From Prochlorococcus sp. scB243_495L20 (GTDB taxonomy: Bacteria; Cyanobacteriota; Cyanobacteriia; PCC-6307; Cyanobiaceae), in assembly GCA_000634215.1 (NCBI GenBank), contig JFLX01000113.1, positions 899 through 64,898 of the forward strand: a stretch of DNA of 64,000 bases, read 5' to 3'. Shown one piece after another: positions 22,244 to 32,700 of this stretch. The first letter of the stretch is position 1; every line of letters begins with the position of its first letter. The notes below the pieces were generated by a model, which was given only the letters and a program-made list of their open reading frames with translations, searched no databases and was not told the DNA's origin. A program made the position numbers and the translations under genes.

Positions 22244-22855
22244 TTGGGAAAATTTAACGTAAATAATATTTCAAACCAAAATAGGCAATTTGAATTATTT
22301 GGTTCAAATGTAAATACATCAATTAATTTTCAACAATCAAATAATCTAAAAATCAAAGGCGAAATCCTAACTGAATGGAGAAATAGAATATATAACCACC
22401 AATTCAGAATTTCAAAAGATACTCACAATAAAATTTCGCACCAAACAAGTCTTCCAATCGATACAATTTCCAGTGAAAGACAAATTGATCCTTTTTCCTT
22501 GCAGCCATTGTCATTGAACTTTTGGAGAACTAATCAATATATACACAATGGTCCAGCAATGTATTTTGTAATTGACTCGATGGGGAGTTCTAAAATAATC
22601 CTTTATATAGGAGAAACAAATTCAGCAAATAAAAGATGGAAGGGAGAACATGACTGTAAAAATTACCTCATGAACTATAAAGAAGCCCTTGCTCATAACA
22701 AACTCTCAAGTCACCAAGATATTCGTTTCTTCTTAGATGTACCTAAAGAAGTAAAATTAAGACGTAAATTAGAACAGCAACTGATATATTTATGGTTACC
22801 ACCTTTTAATAAAGAAACTCGAGATCGGTGGGCAACTACTTTCACAAACAACTAA
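22244..22855 (+). CDS. GIY-YIG nuclease-like cyanobacterial protein
   Basis: AMYFV...ILYIGET...RWKGEHDCK...LEQQLI...PPFNKE pattern (Y, YIG, R, E, N). Confidence 0.72.
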   Translation: MGKFNVNNISNQNRQFELFGSNVNTSINFQQSNNLKIKGEILTEWRNRIYNHQFRISKDTHNKISHQTSLPIDTISSERQIDPFSLQPLSLNFWRTNQYIHNGPAMYFVIDSMGSSKIILYIGETNSANKRWKGEHDCKNYLMNYKEALAHNKLSSHQDIRFFLDVPKEVKLRRKLEQQLIYLWLPPFNKETRDRWATTFTNN

Positions 22856-22879
22856 AAGTTAATTAAATCCATTTAACAA

Positions 22880-24352
22880 ATGCAATTTTCCACATTCCAA
22901 AACAATCTAGATAACTGGCAAGGTGCTTCATTAATTTTTGGAGTTTTAGAGGAAGAAATTTCAAGCCAACTTGAAAAAATAAAATTTGTTATTGACCCAA
23001 AATTATTACTAAAAAAAGTTACTCAAAAAAAATTTAAAGGAGAAAAAGGAAAAACTTTAAGCTTTGAATTTTTAGATCAAAAATTAGAAACTTTAATCAT
23101 AGTTGGTCTTGGCAAATCGAAAGACCTAAATAAAAGTGATATAGAAAACTCTATAGGAAATCTAGTTAGGAAAACAATTGATAAAAATGAAAAAATCAGC
23201 ATCTTGCTACCTTGGGAATTTATAAATTCACAACTAGAAATAAATCAATTAGCAGAGTCAGCCAGATTATCTGCCTTTAAGGACAATAGATTCAATAAGA
23301 AAAGAGATGAAAAGAAAGTTCTTAGAGAAATAGAGTTTTTAAATTTAAAAGGATTTGAGAATATTAGCTTTGAAGAGACAGCACAAATATGTGAAGGTGT
23401 AGAACTAGCTAGAAGACTTGTAGCCGCCCCTCCAAATAGTCTTACGCCTCAGGAAATGTCTATACAAGCTTCTCAAATAGCTAAAGATCATGGTTTGGAA
23501 GTAAAAATTTTAGAGGCAAAAGATTGTGAAGATTTAGGAATGGGTGCATATTTAGCTGTAGCAAAAGGTTCTGATCTAGATCCTAAATTTATACATCTTA
23601 CTTTAAAGTCAGAGGGACCTATTAAAGAAAAGATTGCGCTTGTTGGGAAGGGTTTAACCTTTGATTCGGGAGGATACAATTTGAAAGTAGGAGCCTCTCA
23701 AATTGAAATGATGAAATATGATATGGGCGGAAGCGCTGCAGTTTTAGGAGCAGCAAAAGCACTTGGAGCAATAAAACCAAAGGGATTAGAAATTCATTTT
23801 ATTGTTGCATCTTGCGAAAACATGATAAATGGATCTGCAGTACATCCTGGAGATGTAGTTAAGGCATCTAATGGTAAGACAATTGAAATAAATAACACTG
23901 ATGCTGAGGGCAGACTCACATTAGCTGATGCTTTAACTTACGCATCAAATTTAAAACCAGATTCAATAATAGATCTCGCAACTTTAACAGGAGCTATTGT
24001 AGTTGCATTAGGGAATGATGTAGCTGGATTCTGGAGCAATAATGATGATTTAGCAAATGACCTAAAAGCCGCATCATCCCAGTCTGGAGAAGAATTATGG
24101 CAAATGCCTTTACAAAAATCTTATAAAGAAGGTTTAAAGTCTCATATAGCTGACATGAAAAATACAGGTCCTAGAGCAGGTGGCTCAATAACTGCTGCTT
24201 TATTTTTAGAGGAATTCTTTGATAAGGAGATTAAATGGGCTCATATTGATATTGCTGGTACTTGTTGGACTGACAAGAATAAGGGGATTAACCCATCAGG
24301 TGCAACCGGTTTTGGAGTTAAAACTCTTGTTCAATGGATTAAAAATAAATAA
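22880..24352 (+). CDS. pepA: Leucyl aminopeptidase (M17)
   Basis: [41 protein letters not shown]. Confidence 0.97.
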   Translation: MQFSTFQNNLDNWQGASLIFGVLEEEISSQLEKIKFVIDPKLLLKKVTQKKFKGEKGKTLSFEFLDQKLETLIIVGLGKSKDLNKSDIENSIGNLVRKTIDKNEKISILLPWEFINSQLEINQLAESARLSAFKDNRFNKKRDEKKVLREIEFLNLKGFENISFEETAQICEGVELARRLVAAPPNSLTPQEMSIQASQIAKDHGLEVKILEAKDCEDLGMGAYLAVAKGSDLDPKFIHLTLKSEGPIKEKIALVGKGLTFDSGGYNLKVGASQIEMMKYDMGGSAAVLGAAKALGAIKPKGLEIHFIVASCENMINGSAVHPGDVVKASNGKTIEINNTDAEGRLTLADALTYASNLKPDSIIDLATLTGAIVVALGNDVAGFWSNNDDLANDLKAASSQSGEELWQMPLQKSYKEGLKSHIADMKNTGPRAGGSITAALFLEEFFDKEIKWAHIDIAGTCWTDKNKGINPSGATGFGVKTLVQWIKNK

Positions 24353-24363
24353 CTATATTTAAA

Positions 24364-24966
24364 TCATTCATTCCAAAGATTTGTTGATCTAGCGTTATCT
24401 CCCCATAATTTATCCAACCTCTGATCTCTACCACAGGAGAATCTATAGAACTTATATTTTAATTCATTTCTCTCAGCAAAATCCTGATGATATTCTTCAG
24501 CCAACCAAAATTGACCTTTTGATTTAAGTTCTACAGATATTTTTTCTAATGGCACACGCAATTCATTAGAGGCGGAAACAACTGCATTTATTGCATCACT
24601 TTCCTCAGTTGCATCTTTGAAAAAGATCACTGGCCTATAAGAATCTCCACGATCACAAAATTGACCCTTGCCGTCCAGAGGATCAATATTTCTGAAATAC
24701 AGCCTAAGTATCTCGGGTAAAGTTACCAATTTGGAATCATAGTTTACCAAAACCACTTCCTGATGTCCTTCATGATTTTCGTAAGTAGGATTTTGCAAAT
24801 CTCCACCTGAATAGCCACTTTGTACAAAATTTATCCCCTTTAATGACTCTAAATCATGTTCTAAACACCAAAAACAACCTCCTGCAAGAATCAATTCCTC
24901 TGCAAAAGCGTTTACAGGGTTAACAAATATTGAAAGAGCAACTATTAAAGATAAGAGGTATTTCAT
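24364..24966 (-). CDS. msrA: Peptide-methionine (S)-S-oxide reductase with signal peptide
   Basis: LAGGCFWCLE, GYSGG, GHQEVV, AEEYHQDF. Confidence 0.93.
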   Translation of the reverse strand: MKYLLSLIVALSIFVNPVNAFAEELILAGGCFWCLEHDLESLKGINFVQSGYSGGDLQNPTYENHEGHQEVVLVNYDSKLVTLPEILRLYFRNIDPLDGKGQFCDRGDSYRPVIFFKDATEESDAINAVVSASNELRVPLEKISVELKSKGQFWLAEEYHQDFAERNELKYKFYRFSCGRDQRLDKLWGDNARSTNLWNE

Positions 24967-24982
24967 TTTTTTATTATAAAGT

Positions 24983-26161
24983 TCAAATAATAGAATTAAT
25001 AATTTCTTTAGCAGCTCTCTGGACTACGCCCTCTTCTCCTAATTCTTTTTTTAAAAAAGCATAACCTTTTTTAATTTTTATTTTTTCAGACTTTCCCTCA
25101 AGAATCCTACAAGATTTGTAGAAAATTTTCTTTTCGTCAAACTCTCTTTGCACAAACTCAGGGATTATTAATTTATTAACTAATAAATTTACAGGTGAAA
25201 TGAATCTTACTTTGAAATTGAGAATTTGTTTAGCGATAAAAGCAGTTACCCTACTGACTTTATAACCAACAATCTGCGGTATGCCATATAAAGCTAATTC
25301 CATATTAACTGTCCCGGATTTGCAAAAAGCAATTTTAGTGAGCGAATAAATATAAGGTTTTAATTTTGCACTATTTTTTTGAGAAATCACATGTCCTTTA
25401 ACTTGATATTTCCTAAAAGCTTTTTTAAATATTTCATCAAAAGAACTCCTGCAGGAGGGAATATAGACAACCAAGCTTGGATATTTTTGTTGTAATTTTT
25501 TAGCCGCTTTCATAAATGTAGGTAATACATATCGTAATTCTTGAGGTCTTGATGCTGGCATCAAAAGCAGGATATTTTGATTAGAGCGAAGGTTAAGAAT
25601 AGTTCTGGCATCCTTCTTTAGAGGAAGTTTCTTTGTCAAATCAATCATTGGATGTCCCACCCACATAACATTTCCTCCCCTCTTTTTATAGAATGCTGCT
25701 TCTTTCTTGAAAATCGCGAAAATTTTATCAGAAAATTTTATTAGATTTGTTGTAGTGTTATTACCAACCCTCCAAGCCCACTCTTGAGGAGCAATATAGT
25801 AAAAAATTGGAATTTTAGTTTTCGATCTTTTTAATTTTGTTCCAATTTTTATATTGGGGCCCATATAGTCAATAAGAATTAAGCAATCTGGAGGATATTT
25901 TTTTAGTAATTTATAAAATCTTTTTTGAATTCTTATTGTTGGAAGAATAAGAGGTAAAGCCTCCCAAATTCCTATTGCACTAATTGATGTAGTATCTTGA
26001 AGAATTTTTACACCTTCTTTCTTCATCCTTTCCCCACCTAATCCGCAAATTTCTAAATCTATCGATTTTTTTTTAGATTCCTCTAATAATGCTTTTGTTA
26101 ACAAACTTCCGTGCAAATCTCCAGAGACTTCTCCAGTGCTTATAAATATCTTTTTATTCAT
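24983..26161 (-). CDS. lpxB: Lipid-A-disaccharide synthase
   Basis: GEVSGDLHG, YYIAPQEWAW, VGHPM, PASR, SGTVNMELAL. Confidence 0.96.
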   Translation of the reverse strand: MNKKIFISTGEVSGDLHGSLLTKALLEESKKKSIDLEICGLGGERMKKEGVKILQDTTSISAIGIWEALPLILPTIRIQKRFYKLLKKYPPDCLILIDYMGPNIKIGTKLKRSKTKIPIFYYIAPQEWAWRVGNNTTTNLIKFSDKIFAIFKKEAAFYKKRGGNVMWVGHPMIDLTKKLPLKKDARTILNLRSNQNILLLMPASRPQELRYVLPTFMKAAKKLQQKYPSLVVYIPSCRSSFDEIFKKAFRKYQVKGHVISQKNSAKLKPYIYSLTKIAFCKSGTVNMELALYGIPQIVGYKVSRVTAFIAKQILNFKVRFISPVNLLVNKLIIPEFVQREFDEKKIFYKSCRILEGKSEKIKIKKGYAFLKKELGEEGVVQRAAKEIINSII

Positions 26162-27012
26162 AAATTCACTATAGGCATTGGTCCTCGTCTTTCTTTAGAT
26201 ATTGAATCTTTTAAGAAATTACATAATTTTGAAGATGAAATATCTAATTCTCCTTGCATCACTTTTTCTAATGAATTTGAAATCGCATCATTAGATTTAA
26301 AAAGGAAATTCCAAGTAGTTTGCAAAAGTTTTAAATCAAAATCTTTATTTTCCATTAAACCACTTCTCTTAATTCCAATCCTATTTAAACCTCTCAATCT
26401 TCCTGGATGCCCTTCGGCCAAGCAGAAAGGAGGTACATCTCTATCTACTCTAGTCATCCCTCCAATCATTGCTAAATATCCAATATGTACAAACTGATGA
26501 ATACCTAAACAACCGCCAATAATAGCTTTATCTTCAATCTTTACATGGCCTGCAACTTGAACACTATTTGATAAAACTATCCTATTACCAAGTTCACAAT
26601 TATGGCCGATATGAGTATAAGCCATTAACAAATTATTATTTCCAATAATTGTTTTTTCGCCTTCATCTGTTGCCTTATTAATAGTTACACATTCTCTGAA
26701 AGTATTATTATCTCCAATAATTACTTCAGTATGGGCCCCTTTATATTTAAGGTCCTGGGGATCAAGACCAATAAAAACACTTGGGTAAACTTTATTGTTA
26801 ATACCAATTTGAGTTCTTCCTGAAATAACAGCATTCGGACCTATTTCGGTTCCTTTCCCAATAGTCACATCAGGACCGATAATAGCTCCTTGAGAGACAA
26901 CAACCCCATCATGTAATTCGGCACTTCGATCAACAAAAGCATTTGGGTGCACTTTTACGCCAATAAATTTTGAGTTAAATTCATTATTTTTATGATCCAT
27001 ATCCCTAATCAA
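26158..27012 (-). CDS. lpxA: UDP-N-acetylglucosamine acyltransferase (likely start ATG 27000)
   Basis: Hexapeptide repeats, [36 protein letters not shown]. Confidence 0.96.
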   Translation of the reverse strand: MIRDMDHKNNEFNSKFIGVKVHPNAFVDRSAELHDGVVVSQGAIIGPDVTIGKGTEIGPNAVISGRTQIGINNKVYPSVFIGLDPQDLKYKGAHTEVIIGDNNTFRECVTINKATDEGEKTIIGNNNLLMAYTHIGHNCELGNRIVLSNSVQVAGHVKIEDKAIIGGCLGIHQFVHIGYLAMIGGMTRVDRDVPPFCLAEGHPGRLRGLNRIGIKRSGLMENKDFDLKLLQTTWNFLFKSNDAISNSLEKVMQGELDISSSKLCNFLKDSISKERRGPMPIVNL

Positions 27013-27463
27013 CCAATGAAAACATTAATTCCCCAGCACAAACCAACTTCCCATCAACATGCGCCTCACCTTTAACCTTCCCAAATCTTTGTCTTTTAAT
27101 AGACAATAACTCACAAGAAATTATCAATTGGTCTCCTGGCACAACTGGTTTTCTGAATTTAACATTATTGATTCCAGCAAAGACGAAAAGTCCTTTAGGA
27201 AAATCAGGCATTTGCGTTACAATTATTCCACCTACTTGAGCCATTGATTCAACAATAAGAACCCCAGGCATCAAGGGCCTCTCAGGAAAATGTCCCTGAA
27301 ATTGAGGCTCATTTATAGTTACATTTTTTACTGCAACTGCTTTCTCCCCAGGGATATGCTCTATGACTTTGTCCACAAGTGCGAAAGGATATCTGTGAGG
27401 TAACAAACCTAGTATGTGCTCAGAGGAAAGTTGATTATTTTCACTGGATAATTTCTTTTCCAA
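27005..27463 (-). CDS. fabZ: 3-hydroxyacyl-ACP dehydratase
   Basis: [33 protein letters not shown]. Confidence 0.97.
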   Translation of the reverse strand: MEKKLSSENNQLSSEHILGLLPHRYPFALVDKVIEHIPGEKAVAVKNVTINEPQFQGHFPERPLMPGVLIVESMAQVGGIIVTQMPDFPKGLFVFAGINNVKFRKPVVPGDQLIISCELLSIKRQRFGKVKGEAHVDGKLVCAGELMFSLVD

Positions 27464-27480
27464 AACAATTAAAGATAAAT

Positions 27481-28317
27481 TTAGTTTTTTAGCGATGAGG
27501 CCAATAAAGCATTTAAAGAATGTGATCCTTTATAAACTAAAATTTGAGCCTTAGGTAACCCTACCAAAGCCAAGTCCCCAATAAGGTCTAAAATTTTATG
27601 TCTTATTGGTTCATTATCAAATCTTAATGGTGGATTAACCCATTTATCACCGTCACAAACAAGGGCATTTTCCAAACTTCCACCTTTTATTAATCCAAGT
27701 TCACTTAACTCTTGAAATTGATCTTTAAAACCAAAAGTTCTAGCAGGAGCAATCATTTCAACAAAATTTCTTGGATTTAAGTCAATCACAAAAGTTTGAT
27801 TCCCAATTGCTTTATAGTCAAAATTTATTGTGGATATAATTGTAGTTTTTTTAGAAGGGGTTGCTGCTATTACTGAACCTTCTTTATTTAAAATTATTGA
27901 TTTATTAATCTCTTGAAAGTAATTATCTGGTCTAGGTGCCTTTTTTATACCTACTTCTTCAAAATCTTTAACCCACTGGATTGCTGATCCATCTAAAAGA
28001 GGAATCTCTTTCCCATCAACCTCAATATGAATATAACTTAACCCACACCCAGCCATTGATGATAGTAGATGCTCAATAGTATATAAATTTCTCCCCCCTA
28101 ATTTAACCGCCGTACAAAGCATCGTACTTCCAATTAAATCCTGAGTTAATTTAAAAATCTCGCCAGGTTTATCCCTAAAAGAAACATAGTATCCTTCTTT
28201 CTCGTAGGGAGAAATTGTAACTCTTGTTTTTTCTCCACTGTGTAGGCCTATACCCTCTCTGGAGATAACACCAGCTAAGGTATAACAAGAATCATAATTA
28301 GCAGGCCAAGAAAACAC
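27481..28317 (-). CDS. lpxC: UDP-3-O-acyl-N-acetylglucosamine deacetylase
   Basis: [34 protein letters not shown]. Confidence 0.97.
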   Translation of the reverse strand: MFSWPANYDSCYTLAGVISREGIGLHSGEKTRVTISPYEKEGYYVSFRDKPGEIFKLTQDLIGSTMLCTAVKLGGRNLYTIEHLLSSMAGCGLSYIHIEVDGKEIPLLDGSAIQWVKDFEEVGIKKAPRPDNYFQEINKSIILNKEGSVIAATPSKKTTIISTINFDYKAIGNQTFVIDLNPRNFVEMIAPARTFGFKDQFQELSELGLIKGGSLENALVCDGDKWVNPPLRFDNEPIRHKILDLIGDLALVGLPKAQILVYKGSHSLNALLASSLKN

Positions 28318-30480
28318 TTAAAACTTCCATCCAACTCCAAGTGTATATCTCCAATCTCCACTTAGGTCCTTGCTAGCGACATCTAATCTTAATGGACCAA
28401 TTGGTGTTTTAACCCCAACTCCACCTCCAAGGGAAAAGCCAGAACCTGATTTCTGCAATAATTTACCAGGTTTTCCTGGGACATCATTTTGAGAGCCTAA
28501 ATCACTTCCGGCGTCAACAAATAAAGCTCCCGATATCATTCTCCAAACAGGGAACCTATATTCTGCAGTACCTTCTACAAAACTTTTACTTACAGCCAAA
28601 TCACATGATCCCCATCCTCTAATAGATGATGTCCCTCCCATACAAAATGCTTCGTAAGGAGGCAGTTCCCCAAGAATAGTCCCAGCCTTAAATTGAAACC
28701 CAATAGCTTGAGGACAGTCTTCACTAGAAGCATTGCTAGACTTACATTCTTTCGTTAAATTTATTAATTTTGTTGGTATAAAAAATGAATATGAGGCTCT
28801 CATTCTATTAAAAGTTGGAGAATTTTTTCCCATTGAGACAAACTGTTCAGTACCAAAGCTTAATTTGTTTCCTGAAGTTGGGTTTATGGAATTATTCAAA
28901 TTATTTCTAGATGCAGTTGCAATAACACTCACTAATGTATTTTCATCGGGACATGAACCATCACTTGGAGTAAATCCAATACAAATAATATCGCTTATAT
29001 TATTTTTGGTTGTGGTTGGAGTTTTATCACCATAAGGTTTTTTGTTTCCATCACCATCAATCATCTTTACTCTCTTAAAGTTCATTCCTGCAAGAACCTT
29101 CCATTTAGCAACCTTAAATGGATCTCCGCCATTTAATGGCCTTGAGAAAGAAAATCCACCACCTGTTTTTTCTAAAACTATTGATGAAAAAGTATCAGAG
29201 CTAGTTGGTGTTTGATCATCTACTGCATATATTCTCCCATTTTTTTCACTTTTAAATTCTTGTGGATAATCTCTGCTTAAAAAAAGATTTGTTCTAAAAG
29301 ATGTTTTATGTTTATCTCCTTTAATCCATGGATCAGATAATGAAAAATTGTAAGTGGTTGAATATTCTCCGAAATTAAGGTTTAAATTTGTTGACCATGC
29401 TCTTCCTAATGTATTTGTTTCCTGCAAACCAATTGAGGCAAAGATACCTGAACCATTGCTATAACCAAGTCCCCCAGTTAACGATCCTGTTCTTTGCTCA
29501 CTCAAATCTAAAAAAATTATGACTTGACCAGGATTTAAATTATCAGGGCCAAGAGAAACCTTTACATCATCAAATAATGATGTGGCATAGAGTCTACCGA
29601 TATCAGCTTCTAAAATTTTTCTATTAAAAATGGTGCCAGGTTGTGTTTTTAATTCTCTTTTTATAACCCAGTCTTTTGTTTTCCCTTTTCTAGGTTTTCC
29701 ATCAATAATAAATTCACCATCAGAATTTGGGAATCTTATTTTTACGTCAGATATAATGCCCTCAGAAACTTTTAGTATTATTACTCCGTTCTCAGAGATT
29801 CTCTCGGGGCCACTAACTCTAGCTAAAGAATAACCCGCGTTTTCATAACGTTTTTTTATTATTTCTATCTTATTTTGAAATTCCTTTAGGTTAAGAGTTG
29901 TCCCATAATAGTTTTTAAAAATATCATCTAAGTATTCATTAGGAATTAAAGAGTTTTTTGGTTTAAGTTCAACTTTTTTTAAAATTGGATTAGGCACTAC
30001 ATTTACTATTAGCCTCACACCTAGTGGCCCATCTTGAGACTTAATTTTAACTCCTGAAAACCAACCACTAGCATAAATTGCATTGAGGTCTTTGTTTAAA
30101 ATTTGATTATCAACAATACTTCCAGGCTTTATGCTCATGGAATCATATGCAGCCAATTCAAGTTTTCTACCTTCAGGATGATTTTCCCAACCTTCGATAA
30201 TTATTTCTGAGACAAGAACACTTTCTTCACTAATATCATTATTATTTTCTGCAAGAAGAATTTTTTTCTCTTTTTTAATATCAATCCCTTGAAATAAAAC
30301 ATTATTAATATTTTGTATTTCCAAGGTTTTTATTGATTGATCAACATCATTTGGCAAATCCTTAGCAGCCAGTTCAGAATTATTTGATATAAACATCAAT
30401 GGAGTGAAGGCAACATTTATGAAAACCTTTCCAAATTTTAAAAAATGTTTTTGCATAATACTTGTTATTAAGATTAACAC
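28318..30480 (-). CDS. bamA: Omp85/BamA outer-membrane assembly factor
   Basis: POTRA repeats, GGTSSIRGW, AEYRFP, terminal YTLGVGWKF; co-located with lpxC. Confidence 0.93.
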   Translation of the reverse strand: MLILITSIMQKHFLKFGKVFINVAFTPLMFISNNSELAAKDLPNDVDQSIKTLEIQNINNVLFQGIDIKKEKKILLAENNNDISEESVLVSEIIIEGWENHPEGRKLELAAYDSMSIKPGSIVDNQILNKDLNAIYASGWFSGVKIKSQDGPLGVRLIVNVVPNPILKKVELKPKNSLIPNEYLDDIFKNYYGTTLNLKEFQNKIEIIKKRYENAGYSLARVSGPERISENGVIILKVSEGIISDVKIRFPNSDGEFIIDGKPRKGKTKDWVIKRELKTQPGTIFNRKILEADIGRLYATSLFDDVKVSLGPDNLNPGQVIIFLDLSEQRTGSLTGGLGYSNGSGIFASIGLQETNTLGRAWSTNLNLNFGEYSTTYNFSLSDPWIKGDKHKTSFRTNLFLSRDYPQEFKSEKNGRIYAVDDQTPTSSDTFSSIVLEKTGGGFSFSRPLNGGDPFKVAKWKVLAGMNFKRVKMIDGDGNKKPYGDKTPTTTKNNISDIICIGFTPSDGSCPDENTLVSVIATASRNNLNNSINPTSGNKLSFGTEQFVSMGKNSPTFNRMRASYSFFIPTKLINLTKECKSSNASSEDCPQAIGFQFKAGTILGELPPYEAFCMGGTSSIRGWGSCDLAVSKSFVEGTAEYRFPVWRMISGALFVDAGSDLGSQNDVPGKPGKLLQKSGSGFSLGGGVGVKTPIGPLRLDVASKDLSGDWRYTLGVGWKF

Positions 30481-30492
30481 CTCATTATTTAA

Positions 30493-31230
30493 TCAATCAG
30501 GTTTAAGAAAATCGTTAATTCTTCGGTGGATTTCACTATAAGCTTCAATTAAACCACCTAAATCATTTCTAAATCTATCTTTATCAAGACTTACAATCAT
30601 ATCATTTTTTTGATTTAGATCCCACAATCTACAATTATCAGGACTTATTTCATCTCCTAGAATAATATTGTTTCTAATATCAAAACCGAATTCCAACTTG
30701 AAATCTACAAGTTGAAGTTGAATATTTTTAAAAAAACTTTTCAAGATTAAATTAATTTTTAAGGTTAAATTTATTATTAACTCTAGATCATCAGAGCTTA
30801 ATATATTCATTAATTCAATCCTATCTTTTGTAATAAGGGGATCATTAAGTTCATCATTTTTAAGATAGATATCAATTAATGGCTTAGATAACAAAGTTCC
30901 AGGTTTAATAGTAGTTTGTTTGCACAAAGAACCATAAGCAGTATTTCTTAGAACAATTTCTAATGGAATTACTTTTATTTTTTTTGCAATCATTGTATTT
31001 TCATTTTCAAGTTCAATAAAATGAGTTGGAATATTTTTCTTAATCAGGATCTCAAAAATTCTTGCACTTATTAAGCAATTAAGTTTGCCTTTACCTTCAA
31101 ATTTTTCTTTTTTCAACGCATTAAACGCTGTAGCTTCATCTTTAAATTCAATTTTGACTTTATTTGCATCATCATGAGTAAATACTTTTTTTGCCTTGCC
31201 TTCATAAATTAACTCATATTTTTTATTCAT
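30493..31230 (-). CDS. purC: SAICAR synthetase
   Basis: YEGKAKKV, PLEIVLRN, LVDFKLEFG, DEISPDNCRLWD, DKDRFR. Confidence 0.97.
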   Translation of the reverse strand: MNKKYELIYEGKAKKVFTHDDANKVKIEFKDEATAFNALKKEKFEGKGKLNCLISARIFEILIKKNIPTHFIELENENTMIAKKIKVIPLEIVLRNTAYGSLCKQTTIKPGTLLSKPLIDIYLKNDELNDPLITKDRIELMNILSSDDLELIINLTLKINLILKSFFKNIQLQLVDFKLEFGFDIRNNIILGDEISPDNCRLWDLNQKNDMIVSLDKDRFRNDLGGLIEAYSEIHRRINDFLKPD

Positions 31231-31364
31231 TAACTTAAGACCTCATTATTATAAGTAAAGTACTTTCTATGATTAACATAATTATTAAAGATCAACGTCA
31301 AATGACTTTATTTTCATTTTAACCGATTATTGATCGAAACCTCATAACCTTAAAAAACAAATAT

Positions 31365-32696
31365 ATGGAAATTCATTCACCTAGTTCTGGGTCATACATT
31401 AGATTAGAGAATATTTTAATAATTGGAAATGGCGGGAGAGAAAACTCTTTAGCTTGGGCTATTCAAAAAAATGAATTAGTTAAAAAAGTTTATTTAATAC
31501 CTGGTAACGCTGGTTCAGAAAGAATAAATAAATGTGAAAGAATAAATATTGATATAAATAATAAAAGTGAACTAGTCGAAAAGCTTGATTTTTTTAAGAT
31601 AGATTTAGTAGTTATTGGACCAGAAATAGCTTTGGCAAATGGATTAGCTGATTTTCTTCGAAAAAAAGATTTTAAAGTGTTTGGTCCGAATAAAGATGGA
31701 GCAAAACTAGAATTTAGCAAATCTTGGGCGAAGGAATTTATGCAAGATGCAAACATTCCAACTGCAAAATTTTGGAAAGTCAATTCTCTTGAAGAAGCAA
31801 AAAAAATTATTAATTCATCATCAATTCCACTTGTAGTAAAAGCTGATGGTCTTGCTTCAGGTAAAGGTGTTTTTATTCCTAATTCCAAAGATGAATGCTT
31901 TAAAGCAGCAGAGACAATTTTTAATGGAAGATTTGGCAACTCTGGGAATGTAGTTGTTTTAGAAGAAAAAATTCAAGGGCCAGAAGTTTCAGTTTTTGCT
32001 TTATGCGATGGGAAGAGATATACATTACTTCCAACGGCCCAAGATCACAAACGACTTAATGAAAACGATGAAGGTCCAAATACAGGAGGTATGGGGGCTT
32101 ATTCTCCTGCCCCATTATTAACAAAAGATTACCTCGATAGAATCATCAAAGAGATAATTGAACCTACTATAAATGAGCTTAATAAAAGACATATTGACTA
32201 TAGAGGCGTAATTTATTTTGGTTTAATGATCACAAAATCTGGGCCCAAGGTTATAGAATATAACTGCAGGTTTGGTGATCCAGAATGTCAAACAATAATG
32301 CCCTTGATGGATCAAAATTTTGTATTTCTTCTAGAAAAATGCTCGATGGGTAGTTTAACTGGTGATGAAAAAATTAATACTTCTGAAAAAGTTAGTGGTT
32401 GTGTAATAGCGACCTCCAAAGGTTACCCTCACGAATATAAAACTGGCTACCAAATAAAAATAGGCAAGATTGATGCAAATGATTGTCAAATTTTTGACTC
32501 AGGAACTTCTTTTAGTGAAAGTGGTAAATTATTAACTGCTGGAGGAAGAGTCTTAAGTATTGTCTGTCAAGATAAAGACTTCGACACGGTTTTTGAAAAA
32601 GCATACAAAAATTTAAAAGAAATACATTTTGAGGGTATTTACTTTAGAAATGACATAGGTCATCAAGTTAGAAAAAACTTTTCTAAGGAGAATTAA
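31365..32696 (+). CDS. purD: Phosphoribosylamine--glycine ligase
   Basis: IGNGGRENSL, VKADGLASGKGV, QDHKRL..GPNTGGMGAYSP, EYNCRFGDPE. Confidence 0.97.
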   Translation: MEIHSPSSGSYIRLENILIIGNGGRENSLAWAIQKNELVKKVYLIPGNAGSERINKCERINIDINNKSELVEKLDFFKIDLVVIGPEIALANGLADFLRKKDFKVFGPNKDGAKLEFSKSWAKEFMQDANIPTAKFWKVNSLEEAKKIINSSSIPLVVKADGLASGKGVFIPNSKDECFKAAETIFNGRFGNSGNVVVLEEKIQGPEVSVFALCDGKRYTLLPTAQDHKRLNENDEGPNTGGMGAYSPAPLLTKDYLDRIIKEIIEPTINELNKRHIDYRGVIYFGLMITKSGPKVIEYNCRFGDPECQTIMPLMDQNFVFLLEKCSMGSLTGDEKINTSEKVSGCVIATSKGYPHEYKTGYQIKIGKIDANDCQIFDSGTSFSESGKLLTAGGRVLSIVCQDKDFDTVFEKAYKNLKEIHFEGIYFRNDIGHQVRKNFSKEN

Positions 32697-32700
32697 TCAT

